From Methylococcaceae bacterium (GTDB lineage Bacteria > Patescibacteriota > Microgenomatia > UBA1400 > PJMF01): a DNA stretch of 64,000 bases. The notes below the pieces were generated by a model. It was not told the origin of the DNA. It saw only the letters and a program-made list of their open reading frames with translations, and searched no databases. The stretch lies in the NCBI GenBank assembly GCA_044370175.1, contig JBILVZ010000002.1, positions 8,759 through 72,758 of the forward strand. The letters are read 5' to 3'. Both the position numbers and the translations under genes were made by a program. Below, one piece after another: positions 20,028 to 30,594 of the stretch (positions within the stretch are counted from its first letter, which is position 1; every line of letters starts with the position of its first letter).

Positions 20028-20567
20028 ATGAAATATGCAGCACTCCTCAGAGGTATCAATGTTGGTGGTCGCAACATAGTCCACATGGCAGACCTCAAGG
20101 CAATCATGGAGCAGATTGGGTTTTCAAACGTACACACGTATATTCAAACAGGAAACGTTACCTTTGAGTATGCCAAACACAATCCTGAAAAACTCACACA
20201 CCACATCGAAGCTATGCTTGCTCAGCGATATTCTTTTCCCATCAAAGTACATGTGCGGACAAGAGATCAGCTCAAAGCCACCTTGGAACAGGTCCCTGCC
20301 AGATGGCACACTGATGCTGACATTCGCAAATACATTGCGTATGTTAGCTCCGCTGTTATCCCTCAAGAAGCAGTCGCTGAAATCGAGGTGCAAGAAGGTG
20401 TAGATGTAGTAGCTGCTGGGCCAGGTGCAATTTACATGAGCACTACAATGGAAGGGCTCACCAAGAGTAAACTTAATAAAATACTTGGCAAAAAGATTTA
20501 TGCAGAAATGACCATGCGTAATTTTGTAACATCAAAACGGCTACTCGAGTTATTAGATGCTGAGTAA
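20028..20567 (+). CDS. DUF1697 family protein
   Basis: YAALLRGINVGG..M.DL..GF..V.TYIQTGNV; T.RN. Confidence 0.93.
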   Translation: MKYAALLRGINVGGRNIVHMADLKAIMEQIGFSNVHTYIQTGNVTFEYAKHNPEKLTHHIEAMLAQRYSFPIKVHVRTRDQLKATLEQVPARWHTDADIRKYIAYVSSAVIPQEAVAEIEVQEGVDVVAAGPGAIYMSTTMEGLTKSKLNKILGKKIYAEMTMRNFVTSKRLLELLDAE

Positions 20568-21639
20568 GTACATGCACAGTCTGCGCCCACCAAACCTGAC
20601 TGATTGTTTTCGTCTCGTAGCTGCACTCGCAGTTATTTTTCTACACGCATCGTACCCAGCTGATTTTTCATATGATACGCAACAACTTATTATGCTTCTT
20701 CAACAAATCTTCGCTAGTTGGGCAGTACCGTTTTTTTACGTTGCAACTGCACGCTTTGCACTTGCATCAAGCCTGAGGAATCTATCTTTAGCAAAAGTCA
20801 TGCTTCGTAGTAGGAATCTGCTACTTCTTGTTCTACTCTACACACTGCTACTAGCACTTCTCTATTTGGGCAACTTTGTACTCGAACAAAAGGCACACGC
20901 AATTACCTATATTCAACAAGCACTTCTACCTGAGAAACTGTCTGAAACACTTGTACGATTAGGAGCAGTACTAACACAACTCAACCCAACTTCGGCACAT
21001 TTTTTACTACATACAATTGTCATCACTTTAGTTGCGTACGGATCGGCATGGATACTCAAGCGAACGAAAGCAAAAAGGAGCTTTCAATTTCTCTTGCTTT
21101 GCACACTCATCAGCAGTGTACTCCTGCCTGAAGCGGTTTTAAAAATGTACCCTCACTACTTTGAGGTACCCTATACGTTGTTGATCACTATTTGTGTTGG
21201 TTTCCTCTACGAGCTCTGGCAAAAACCAACATTTCCTGTCAAACAAAATGGTACAGGGATACTACTTTTTAATCTTTTACTGCTCCCTATCTTAGTTCTC
21301 GGTATCCCCACTGCAGCTTGGCACAGTATACTTTTTCACAAAAGTATTTTGGTAGTCTTTGGCGTAGTTGTTTTGTACAGCACTGACTACTTTGCACACC
21401 TGCATGCCACAAACTTTGTTGCATACCTATCCCACTGGGGACAGCGATATTCGCTCGGGATGCTGGTGATTCATCCACTCATTATCAAGGTATACGCGAT
21501 ACTTATTCCAGGAATCTTTTCTTCACTGCACCCACATCCAATTGTGGTGGTTTTTGCGATTTTCTTAGCTACGGCAGTCACCTCATTTTATATAACAAGA
21601 ATTCTTGTCTCAAAAATACCCTGGACCGTTAGTATATAA
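20557..21639 (+). CDS. Acyltransferase-3 family membrane protein
   Basis: DCFRLVAALAVIFLH, WAVPFF, GQRYSLGMLVIHP. Confidence 0.85.
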   Translation: MLSKYMHSLRPPNLTDCFRLVAALAVIFLHASYPADFSYDTQQLIMLLQQIFASWAVPFFYVATARFALASSLRNLSLAKVMLRSRNLLLLVLLYTLLLALLYLGNFVLEQKAHAITYIQQALLPEKLSETLVRLGAVLTQLNPTSAHFLLHTIVITLVAYGSAWILKRTKAKRSFQFLLLCTLISSVLLPEAVLKMYPHYFEVPYTLLITICVGFLYELWQKPTFPVKQNGTGILLFNLLLLPILVLGIPTAAWHSILFHKSILVVFGVVVLYSTDYFAHLHATNFVAYLSHWGQRYSLGMLVIHPLIIKVYAILIPGIFSSLHPHPIVVVFAIFLATAVTSFYITRILVSKIPWTVSI

Positions 21640-21648
21640 AATATGGCG

Positions 21649-23418
21649 TTAGTATAGTTCGTATTGACTGAGTAATTTTTTGTTGCCTTGCATCTGATAC
21701 TGGAGTAGTTCTGAATATAATCCTTTGCGTCTAGCCAGTTCTTCGGGTTTGCCTGAATCAACAATCGTTCCTGAATCTAGTACGACAATCCTATCGACAT
21801 TTTGAATTGTCAAAAAACGATGGGCAATAATGATAGTTAGTCTATTCTTAAATAACTTTTCTAGAGCTTCTTGTACAAGTCGCTCTGATTTAGAGTCTAA
21901 ACTGCTGGTTGCTTCATCTAAAATTAGAATTGGCTTGTCGTGCAAGATGGCACGGGCAATTTGAATTCTCTGTTTCTGTCCGCCCGACAGCTTAAGGCCA
22001 CGTTCGCCAATTTGTGCATCCAACCCACCTTGTAGCTTTTCTACAAACTCCCATGCATTGGCTTGCTTAAGTGCAGTTATGATTGCCGTATCACTTGTAG
22101 TAGGTGCGCCATACGCCACGTTTTCTCTAATCGTTGATGAAAACAACTCATTATCCTGAAAGACTAAGGCAATATGTTCACGCACCCATGAGTGATCAAC
22201 TTCTGTATACTTTTTATCAGATAAATATATCTCCCCACTTGTTGGTTCATACAACTTTAAAATCAAGTTAATCAGTGTAGATTTGCCTGCACCAGAATGA
22301 CCAACCAGTGCCACTGTTTCTTTTGTCTGGAGGTGTAACTGCACATTTTTTAAAACAGGTTCACCTGTCTCATAGGCAAAGGTGACTTGTTCAAACTTAA
22401 TGGTGGGGTGTTGCATACTCTTTGCAGTTTTTTTATCTTGATATAGTTCTGTACTCTCCAAATCTAAAACTGTAAAAAACTCTTTTGAATCTGCTTCTGC
22501 TCGTTGAACTTGTTCAAGCATGTAGCTCATACCATAGAGTGGCCAGCGCAGTTGAGCCAAAAGTTGGATGATCATCACCATTTCACCAAGGGTCAACTCG
22601 CCCAAAAAGGTCTTTCTAAAAATTAAAAACAAAATGATCACAAAGGCAATTTCTAACCCAAACTCACGCAAAAAGTTAAGGATATGATAGCCAGTAGATT
22701 GTTTATCATAAATTTTATTAATAGTTGTATATTTAGTAGAAACAAAGTTCCACTCAGCGGGTTGTGTATTGTATGTTTTGACAAGTTTAATATTATTTAT
22801 CACTTCTGAGATACGGCCACGTGTTGCATCTTCGTGAATATTTTTTTCAGCTTGTAGCTTGCCCCAACGCTTGGTAGAGTAACTCGAAATCGCAATATAC
22901 ATTGGGAAAACAATCAGTGCCAAGAGACCAATAGTTATATCGAAATAGAGTAGTATGCAGATACCAAAAATTGCCTGCAAAAGGGCTGGTGTAATGAAGT
23001 TAGTGGCTGCAGCAATAAACCCACCAATTGAAAGTATTCCTCTGTTTAATTGATTAACAATTTTTCCTGAAATTTCTGAGTCAAAATATTTTTGAGGAAG
23101 TGTAAAGATTTTCTTGTAATACAACTCCGTTAGATATCTCCCCAATCTTGAGGAAATAAAGTCTCCTAGTCGCTGGTTAATAACATTAATGGTGATTGAA
23201 ACCAAATTAATAACTAGAATAAGTCCAAACAAGAAAGTTACGGTGCTGTAGTTACCTCTACCCGTGCTAATCTGGCTTGATAGCTCGTCTACCACAAACT
23301 TCATGGTAACTGGAGTAGCTTGCTGTAAGATGGCTCGAACGGCAATTAAAACCGATGAAACAAGTATCAAGGTATGCTGTGGTTTTGCGAGTTTAATAAT
23401 TTTGAAGATGTTTTGCAC
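21649..23418 (-). CDS. ABC exporter, fused TMD-NBD
   Basis: GHSGAGKS, LSGGQKQR, ILILDEATSSLD, IAHR. Confidence 0.95.
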   Translation of the reverse strand: MQNIFKIIKLAKPQHTLILVSSVLIAVRAILQQATPVTMKFVVDELSSQISTGRGNYSTVTFLFGLILVINLVSITINVINQRLGDFISSRLGRYLTELYYKKIFTLPQKYFDSEISGKIVNQLNRGILSIGGFIAAATNFITPALLQAIFGICILLYFDITIGLLALIVFPMYIAISSYSTKRWGKLQAEKNIHEDATRGRISEVINNIKLVKTYNTQPAEWNFVSTKYTTINKIYDKQSTGYHILNFLREFGLEIAFVIILFLIFRKTFLGELTLGEMVMIIQLLAQLRWPLYGMSYMLEQVQRAEADSKEFFTVLDLESTELYQDKKTAKSMQHPTIKFEQVTFAYETGEPVLKNVQLHLQTKETVALVGHSGAGKSTLINLILKLYEPTSGEIYLSDKKYTEVDHSWVREHIALVFQDNELFSSTIRENVAYGAPTTSDTAIITALKQANAWEFVEKLQGGLDAQIGERGLKLSGGQKQRIQIARAILHDKPILILDEATSSLDSKSERLVQEALEKLFKNRLTIIIAHRFLTIQNVDRIVVLDSGTIVDSGKPEELARRKGLYSELLQYQMQGNKKLLSQYELY

Positions 23419-23506
23419 AATACCTTTTATTTCTAGTTCTATCTATCAATCAATTTTACTACTCAATGTATGAAGATACAGTTGTCAAATAGAACTGCTA
23501 CACCTG

Positions 23507-23929
23507 CTAGGAAGAACTTGTTTCACGCTTCATGTGTGCAAAACTCTTCTCTACGAGCTCTGCCAAAACTGTCATATCTATATCACGTAATCGCTTAATA
23601 TACAAACACGATACACTTGATGAATGTTTTCCCAATTTTTCTAAGATAGGGTTGTCATGATTTCCCATCATTATGTAGAGCGTGAGGTTTTGTTTTCGAG
23701 GCGAAAAACCCACTAGTGGCCAATCACCTTCTTGTGAGCTTCGCTCAGACTTATAGTGGTACATCCCAAAACCAATAATACTTGTGCCCCAGAGTACCGC
23801 TTTTTCACCAGTGATCTTTTCAAATAATTCTAAAAGTGCGAAACCATCTTGCTGCTTTTCAGTTGGCTCTATACTTTTGAGGAAGTCGGTCACACTTGCA
23901 GTGGTTGCTTTTGTCTTTAGTTCTGCCAT
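23507..23929 (-). CDS. DUF1801 (YdhG-like) protein
   Basis: WGTSIIGFG.YHY, GFSPRKQNLTLYI, LGKH...SCLYIKRL. Confidence 0.92.
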   Translation of the reverse strand: MAELKTKATTASVTDFLKSIEPTEKQQDGFALLELFEKITGEKAVLWGTSIIGFGMYHYKSERSSQEGDWPLVGFSPRKQNLTLYIMMGNHDNPILEKLGKHSSSVSCLYIKRLRDIDMTVLAELVEKSFAHMKRETSSS

Positions 23930-23934
23930 AGGCG

Positions 23935-24843
23935 CTAGTACTTTCCAGTATATGCTTTTTCCAACTCTGCTATGGTAAACTTCTTCATTTTTAAAAAAGA
24001 CTCTGTCACCTGTTTGATTTGTTCTGGAGTACCCTCACTCAGCATCTTGTCCATTGCGGTAGGTACAATCTGCCAGGATACACCAAACTTGTCCTTAAGC
24101 CAGCCACATTGTTCGGCTTCAGGTACTGCACTCAGTTTTTGCCATAGGTCGTCAATTTCTGCTTGCGTGTCACATTTGACGAGTAGTGAAACTGCCTCAG
24201 TGAATCCAAACTCATGAGTTTGACCACCATCCATTGCCGCAAACCACTGCCCTTCAAGCATGAAGTCTGCATACATTAGTGAGCTTTTCTCGTCTGGGGC
24301 AGTTCCTTCAGGATACTTTGCTTGGATACCCTTTTTAGAGTTATTAAAAATTGTAGTGTAGAAGTCAATTGCTTCTGCTGCTCTACCTGACACCGCTTTT
24401 GTAAAGAGAAGTGATGGTGTTATGAAGGGTCGTTTTTCTCCATCTGGATCACTTAAAATAAGCTGCCAAGCAACACCAAATTTGTCTTCAATCCAGCCAT
24501 AGAGCTTGCTAAAGTCATAGTCTTGCAGTGGCATCAATACCTTGCCTCCAGAAGAAAGTTTGTTCCAAAGTTTAGTAAGTTTTTCTTGAGCATCTGCTTC
24601 AGCAGCTGGATCAAAATTGAGCATAAAAGAAATAGCAGGGTTTATCTTGAAGTACGGGCCTGCACTTATTGCCATAAACTGAAAGCCTGCGATCTCAAAA
24701 GAAACAATATCTGTATCTCCAGATGGAGTGCCAGGTAGTGTAGATACATGGTTAACTTTTGCATCAGGAAATGTACTTGCATAAAACTCAGCTGCTTGTC
24801 GTGCTTCTGAAGCAAACCATAGGTGGGGGATAATTTTTTGCAC
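23935..24843 (-). CDS. Two-domain VOC/PhnB-like protein
   Basis: QKIIPHLWF, duplicated GW..DKFGV.WQ, EQCGWLKD. Confidence 0.92.
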   Translation of the reverse strand: MQKIIPHLWFASEARQAAEFYASTFPDAKVNHVSTLPGTPSGDTDIVSFEIAGFQFMAISAGPYFKINPAISFMLNFDPAAEADAQEKLTKLWNKLSSGGKVLMPLQDYDFSKLYGWIEDKFGVAWQLILSDPDGEKRPFITPSLLFTKAVSGRAAEAIDFYTTIFNNSKKGIQAKYPEGTAPDEKSSLMYADFMLEGQWFAAMDGGQTHEFGFTEAVSLLVKCDTQAEIDDLWQKLSAVPEAEQCGWLKDKFGVSWQIVPTAMDKMLSEGTPEQIKQVTESFLKMKKFTIAELEKAYTGKY

Positions 24844-24998
24844 CCTTGTATTTTAACAAAATTTTATGCTCTGAGCAGTAGATAAAGTATTGTATTGGCA
24901 TTGTTTGCCTCACTACAATTTAGCGCAACCCAGTTGCTTTAATTAAGTATGTCTGCTATATTATTGCAATTAAGTTGCGTTATATAGCAGGAGCATAT

Positions 24999-25991
24999 AT
25001 GTCATTTCTATTCACTAATGAAACTACTAGAGGGGCAACTACAATTCAGCCCCGATCAAAACTAGTAGCAATTGATCAGCACCAACTTTTACGATCAGAA
25101 GATCAGCCTGGACAGATAGCAACCTTTGATCAAGTAAGAGCGATGGGTGAGTTATTTATAAAACAAAATTTTAATGACGTTGTACTTTCAACACATTCTC
25201 TACCACAAGCGCTCATCCACAGACATCTCCGAGATGGCGGTGGCGCATTTTGGGGCAAACTTGCGTTTGGTGCAAATAAAGATTGCCAATTTCCTGTAAC
25301 TATTGAGGTTGTCCCTGTAGGAAGTGGATGGGATCTGCAACTTTACATTGTTCCTATCCACTTTGCAGCGTTAGAAGTAGCACAGTTCGAAAAGCACACC
25401 GATAGTCTACTAGCGCTTGCTGCAGTCGCAGCAGTTGCACCGCAATTTATTTTAGCTTTTAAAGATGGCATCTCCACAACAAACTGTGCTCGAAGCAGCA
25501 AAGCAGTCACGAGTTTACAGGCGGATCATGGGACACCACTAGCTGTTGTTTTTGATAGCCTCACTCGTGAGCAAGGTGAATCGGAGAGTACGCTCATGAG
25601 TGCTATTTCAGTTACGGGTAATCCAGATTTAAGCATTAAACAAGCTGCACATTTACATGGTAGAAGAGGCACAGAAACAACGTTACTTTCACAAGCAGCA
25701 GCTGGATCAAAAGTAGCTGGTGGAGTGCCAATACAAACTGCTTTGCGGAGTCAGTTGAGTCGGCATGCACTCTATATACCAACGCGTACTGATGGACTAG
25801 GAGATAAAGCTATTGTTACTATTGATTATTCTTTGCATGAAGCAAAGATTATGGGGCTCAACGCGTCGCAATTAGCTACAGCTTTAGGGTTTACCGCACA
25901 GGTTATTGGTAATCCTAGTGCAGAGCAAACAATTGAAAAGGTTTTACAACCTGCTGTAGCAGATATGCCATTAACAGAACTGGTGTCATGA
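24999..25991 (+). CDS. Hypothetical protein (orphan)
   Basis: ~330-aa ORF, SD AGGAG before ATG 24999, ATGA overlap with next gene. Confidence 0.75.
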   Translation: MSFLFTNETTRGATTIQPRSKLVAIDQHQLLRSEDQPGQIATFDQVRAMGELFIKQNFNDVVLSTHSLPQALIHRHLRDGGGAFWGKLAFGANKDCQFPVTIEVVPVGSGWDLQLYIVPIHFAALEVAQFEKHTDSLLALAAVAAVAPQFILAFKDGISTTNCARSSKAVTSLQADHGTPLAVVFDSLTREQGESESTLMSAISVTGNPDLSIKQAAHLHGRRGTETTLLSQAAAGSKVAGGVPIQTALRSQLSRHALYIPTRTDGLGDKAIVTIDYSLHEAKIMGLNASQLATALGFTAQVIGNPSAEQTIEKVLQPAVADMPLTELVS

Positions 25992-26662
25992 TGAGTAGCG
26001 AAAGAATTTCAAGTTTCTCTCCAACTATTGAAGAACCTGAGCCAGCTAATAAATCTGAGGTTATTGCAGCAGCAGACTTCGACCTATCATCATTTTTTGA
26101 GACGCCAGAAACAGATGTTGTAGAAGCAAGATCAGAAGCTGAACCACTAAGCGAAAATCAGCAAGCAGCTACTCAACCAGAAATAGATTTACTGGTGACA
26201 CTGCGTAATGATGCTGCAGAATCAATAGGTAAGATCACCTCAAAAGTTACGGCACAAACATTTGCAGTAGGTGCTGATTTTACTGCTAACATATTCTCAC
26301 TGCTGAGTTCAATGGCGGGCAGCTGTGGGATCTTTTGTGGACATGCACTCAGCACCATATCCAGTGCTGGCACGGGAATGCAAGGACTTGCCAGTATGGG
26401 TGGAGTGAGTAGTCCAACGTTTAACATAGATAGAGCTGGCAACTTTCACCTCGATGGCAATATAGACACAATATCTCGAGCTACTGGTATTCCAAAAGCT
26501 GATTTACTATCGGGTAAATATTCTCCAGAAGATATCTTTGCGGTATTCCTATCAGCATTCGGTACTGGTATAAACAATCTGTTTGGATTTGGATTGGTTG
26601 AAGTAATAATTACCTGTATGTTTGATTGTGTATCCAATCGTACTGCAACAAATAATTCTTAG
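25988..26662 (+). CDS. Hypothetical protein with CxxxCxH motif and hydrophobic Gly-rich helices
   Basis: 224 aa; acidic N-terminus; SCGIFCGH. Confidence 0.75.
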   Translation: MMSSERISSFSPTIEEPEPANKSEVIAAADFDLSSFFETPETDVVEARSEAEPLSENQQAATQPEIDLLVTLRNDAAESIGKITSKVTAQTFAVGADFTANIFSLLSSMAGSCGIFCGHALSTISSAGTGMQGLASMGGVSSPTFNIDRAGNFHLDGNIDTISRATGIPKADLLSGKYSPEDIFAVFLSAFGTGINNLFGFGLVEVIITCMFDCVSNRTATNNS

Positions 26663-26769
26663 AAAAATAAACCTCTTGCTGCAATTGTCATTTACTGTGA
26701 TACTATACACAAGCTCACGGCACCATCAACCCATTTGTATCAATCATGTTATTAGTTTGAGAGTTACCA

Positions 26770-28068
26770 ATGAAAATCTTTTACAGCTTGCTTGGCACAG
26801 TTCTAGTGGCTGCGGCTACCAATAACTATGTTTGGTTTGCACTTGTTTTTTGGTTGTACTTAGAAACACAATCCGTTGTTGCAACAGGGTTAGCGGGTGG
26901 AATGTACTTTGTAGTAAGTGCACTTTCTAGCTTCTGGTTTGGTTCACTCGTAGATAATCACAAAAAGAAATCTGTGATGCTAGGTTCTAGCATTGCCTCA
27001 CTTATTTTCTTTAGTATCAGTTTTTTAGTATATTCTTTTAGTCCAGAATCCGCATTTCATTCGTTAACAAGTCCCATTTTATGGACTTTTGTATTTTGCA
27101 TACTTTGTGGCACACTTGCTGGTAATATCTATGGTATTGTCGTCCCAACTTTGGTCACGGTTTTGGTCCCTGAAACTATGCGTGACAAAGCTAATGGCAT
27201 GGTTGGCACTATCATGGGTCTAGCTTTTTCATTAACCTCAGTTGCAAGTGGTCTTGTGCTTGGTAACTTTGGAATGTCATGGGTTTTAGGAAGCGCAGTA
27301 ATCCTAACAATTTGCGTCTTTGTAGCAATACTGTTACTTGATCTTACCGAACAGCAAATAATTCATACACATTCTCAAATCGAGGTCACAGGCATAGATA
27401 TCAGAGGTACTATACATATAATCAGCAGTATCAAAGGTTTATTTGCCTTAATATTTTTGACGACCTTCAATAACTTGCTTGGTGGCGTATTTATGGCATT
27501 GATGGATGCTTATGGTTTGACACTCGTCTCTGTTCAAACTTGGGGGTTACTTTGGGGTGGTCTGAGCATGGGTTTTATCATTGGCGGACTGTATATTTCT
27601 AAATATGGCTTGGGCACAAACCCTGTTCAAAGTTTATTCAAAGTGTATATAGTTTTATGGAGTAGTACTATTCTTTTTGCAGTCCAACCATCAATAGTTT
27701 TGCTAGCAGTTGGGGTACTAGTTTGGCTGATCTTGTCACCGTTTATTGAAGCGACCGAACAAACTATCATTCAAAAAGTAGTTCCTGCTCAGCGCCAAGG
27801 TAGAGTTTTTGGATTTGCACATAGTGTTGAGCAAGCGGCTTCACCATTGACGGCATTTCTGATTGGACCGATCACCCAAGCTTTCTTTATTCCACTGATG
27901 ACTACTGGACGCGGTGCAGAGTTGATTGGAAGTTGGTTTGGTGTCGGGGCGGGACGAGGCATGGCAGTAGTATTCATCACTACGGGAATAATTGGTTTGA
28001 TTATTACCCTACTTGCGATGCGGCTGCGAGCTTATCGTGAGTTGGCTATCGAGTATACGAAAAACTAA
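26770..28068 (+). CDS. MFS transporter (DHA3/macrolide-efflux-like)
   Basis: GSLVDNHKKK motif A, 12 TM, QKVVP..RQGRVFG. Confidence 0.93.
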   Translation: MKIFYSLLGTVLVAAATNNYVWFALVFWLYLETQSVVATGLAGGMYFVVSALSSFWFGSLVDNHKKKSVMLGSSIASLIFFSISFLVYSFSPESAFHSLTSPILWTFVFCILCGTLAGNIYGIVVPTLVTVLVPETMRDKANGMVGTIMGLAFSLTSVASGLVLGNFGMSWVLGSAVILTICVFVAILLLDLTEQQIIHTHSQIEVTGIDIRGTIHIISSIKGLFALIFLTTFNNLLGGVFMALMDAYGLTLVSVQTWGLLWGGLSMGFIIGGLYISKYGLGTNPVQSLFKVYIVLWSSTILFAVQPSIVLLAVGVLVWLILSPFIEATEQTIIQKVVPAQRQGRVFGFAHSVEQAASPLTAFLIGPITQAFFIPLMTTGRGAELIGSWFGVGAGRGMAVVFITTGIIGLIITLLAMRLRAYRELAIEYTKN

Positions 28069-28076
28069 AAAGCGTA

Positions 28077-28388
28077 TCACCGCTTCAGTTTTTTCTTTTC
28101 TAAAATGTATTGAATAGATGGACTAATTGCTTTATCATTCCGATGAATGCAACCAATCCAGCAACAAGGTCGGCGTTTACCTTCTTTCAGCTGCCTAGTC
28201 ACTCGCGCAATATGTTCTGTACGTGTTTCTGCTTTTTTTACTGCTGTCGTCCAGCAAATCCACTCGTTGCGTGCAAGTGGGGTGAGGTTCTCCCAAAGCT
28301 GCAGTGCTTCTGAGTCAGCTTGTAATGCTCTTTTGAGATCATCTGGAACTACGTGAACAACACCTCCAGAAATTGATTGCTTTAGCAT
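28077..28388 (-). CDS. YdeI/OmpD-associated family protein
   Basis: VPDDL..AL..W..LTPLARNEWICW...KK.ETR..; RRPCCWIGC. Confidence 0.88.
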   Translation of the reverse strand: MLKQSISGGVVHVVPDDLKRALQADSEALQLWENLTPLARNEWICWTTAVKKAETRTEHIARVTRQLKEGKRRPCCWIGCIHRNDKAISPSIQYILEKKKLKR

Positions 28389-28624
28389 AGGCTATATTGT
28401 AACAAATAGCTGCCACATCACTCAGTGAGGTATCACCAATGTTGAGCGCAAACATGCGGATGTTTGAACCAGCACTTACTGTATCCATATCAGCTGGCAC
28501 ACTTGGGTAAGTGAATGGAGAAGTACTAGCACCAATCATAAAGTCATACGAGATACTGTTGACAGTAGCCATTTCCTTACTAAAGTTTATACTGTTCATC
28601 CAACAATATCATATATTCGAGAGT

Positions 28625-29289
28625 CTAGTGATGCATCTTGTTGGAAGCTTCATTTGCTGGAATGGGTACGTTTGTATACTTACTATCTAACCAGCTTTCC
28701 AATAGTTGTATCTCTTTAGTTTGGGTATTATCAATAATTGCTTGGGTCATCTTCTGTAGCTCTGGCCACTCAGTTATATTCAAGATTTGACGAGCCATAC
28801 CGATTGCACCGCGATGATGCACAACCATGCCTTCAATATATGCTTTTTCTAGTTGTCTATCTGTTAGTTTGGTCAGATCACTCATCATCAGCATGTACCT
28901 GCCATCTGGTCGATATTCTTGTCCAAACCATTGGGTATGCCACTGCTTCATTTGCGTAATTTCATGAGACTGTACTGTGATCACATCTTGCAAAAATTGT
29001 TGCAACTGAGGATCTGTGGTACGTGTAAGCAGATATGCAGAAGTATCCACTGCCTCTTTGTGGTGTGGGATCATGCCCATGATAAAGTCTGCATCATTTG
29101 CGACAGTCATTTGGTGCGCATCGCCTTGAGTGGTAGAGTGGGTAGCTCTATTGCCTACAATAGTAGTAAAAACATTAGGCAGTGCTTGAAGTGCTGCCCA
29201 ACCAACTATACCAGCACCAATAATCAGGAGTGTACTGGCACCAAAAAAGAAGGTGGGAAAATATTTCTAGATCGGGTCTGATTAGGCAT
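28625..29289 (-). pseudogene. DUF305 (CopM-like metal-binding) protein, apparently frameshifted near the 5' end
   Basis: FIMGMIPHH..AV..Q..EI and MVVHHRGAI repeats; the TM anchor is in frame with the domain but is preceded by TAG; ATG 29289 is in another frame and joins if one T is added at ~29258-29261. Confidence 0.75.
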
Positions 29290-29306
29290 ATAAAAATGTG
29301 CTTCTA

Positions 29307-29777
29307 CTACTTTGTACGTTTCTGTATAAATGCACTGATATCTCTGTTAATTCCTTCAACTGTGACCAAGCGCTTAGCTTCTTCTGGAGTGACCCACTTG
29401 TAATCTTGATGTTCTTCAGATAACACAGGTGTTTCTTGAGAAGTTGTACAGTGATAGGTGATACCAATGAGCTCATTGTCGGCCGTCTGCTCTGTTCCAC
29501 GGAAAGCGTGCCAAACTCGTATAACAGTAACTATCTCTACAGTTTCAATTCCAACTTCTTCTCGTATTTCCCTGAGCAGTCCAGTTTGTGTATCTTCAAA
29601 TTGAGCAATTCTGCCATACACTATCTCCCACTCACCAGGATGCCAATCAAGGCTTGTACTTCGCTGAACCAATAAAATCTCGCCTGTCGCTTTTTTTTCG
29701 ATTATGGCACCGCTTGCTACCATGAATCTACCTACAGGATTAGCTTTTGAAGATTGATTATGCGGATTATTAGCCAT
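29307..29777 (-). CDS. NUDIX hydrolase
   Basis: GRIAQFEDTQTGLLREIREEVGI Nudix box, LSEEHQDYKWV. Confidence 0.92.
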   Translation of the reverse strand: MANNPHNQSSKANPVGRFMVASGAIIEKKATGEILLVQRSTSLDWHPGEWEIVYGRIAQFEDTQTGLLREIREEVGIETVEIVTVIRVWHAFRGTEQTADNELIGITYHCTTSQETPVLSEEHQDYKWVTPEEAKRLVTVEGINRDISAFIQKRTK

Positions 29778-29821
29778 TACTATCAGTATAGCAAAGTAAT
29801 GACCTAGAATACATGATTGCC

Positions 29822-30130
29822 TCAAAGTTTCACTGCTGTACCACTCACGCTGACCATCAACATGCCTTCCATAGTTTCATAATCTAGATCAACACCAATC
29901 ACCGCATCTGCTCCCAACTCTTCAGCTTGAGCTTGTAGTTCCCGCAAGGCAATTTCGCGCGCCTCCTGCAAAGATTTTTCATAAGCTCCTGATCTGCCAC
30001 CGATTACATCAGTTATACTGGCAAAAATGTCGCGGAAAATATTTGCACCAATGATTGCCTCACCTGTTACTACACCAAGATATTTTGTTACTTTTTTGTT
30101 GTCTAATGCTGAAGTTGTGGAAAGAATCAT
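29822..30130 (-). CDS. YbjQ/UPF0145 family protein
   Basis: [33 protein letters not shown]. Confidence 0.93.
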   Translation of the reverse strand: MILSTTSALDNKKVTKYLGVVTGEAIIGANIFRDIFASITDVIGGRSGAYEKSLQEAREIALRELQAQAEELGADAVIGVDLDYETMEGMLMVSVSGTAVKL

Positions 30131-30145
30131 ATCTGCCTCCATATG

Positions 30146-30526
30146 TTAGTTTGTACCTTCTTGATTTTCCTGACTGTCTTGATTTTGTGAGTCAGTATGT
30201 TGCTGTAAGTTTTGCGTAACGTCATTGAGTTGGCGCTGGATATCTTGGAGCTGGCGTTGCTCTTGCGCAAACTGTGCTTCAAACCACTTCTGACCTTCTG
30301 TCATTAGTACTTGCCCCTGTTGTGGGAGGCTCGCGCCACCTGACAACATTGGCGAGATGAGAAGGTTGAAGAGACCGATGATCACCATACCAATTACTAC
30401 CACTCCCAAGATAAACATTGTCACAACACCGACAATCAGCCACTTAAAATACTTATGAGCTTTGTCTGTTACTTGGTGTATTGTGTTCGATTTGAGCAGT
30501 TCATCAACCATGTTTTTTTCTTTCAT
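30146..30526 (-). CDS. Single-TM protein with Gln-rich tail
   Basis: One long hydrophobic helix, Q-rich coiled C-terminus; SD GGAGG. Confidence 0.7.
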   Translation of the reverse strand: MKEKNMVDELLKSNTIHQVTDKAHKYFKWLIVGVVTMFILGVVVIGMVIIGLFNLLISPMLSGGASLPQQGQVLMTEGQKWFEAQFAQEQRQLQDIQRQLNDVTQNLQQHTDSQNQDSQENQEGTN

Positions 30527-30594
30527 GTCGTCCCTCCGTTTCAACTTCTTACTACTATGCAGTTCGATTGGTTGGTACTATACTACATGCAACT

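Noticed and set aside
28339-28599. 86-aa ORF
   Set aside because: Overlaps the promoter and start of the YdeI-like gene, no motif; at most a remnant
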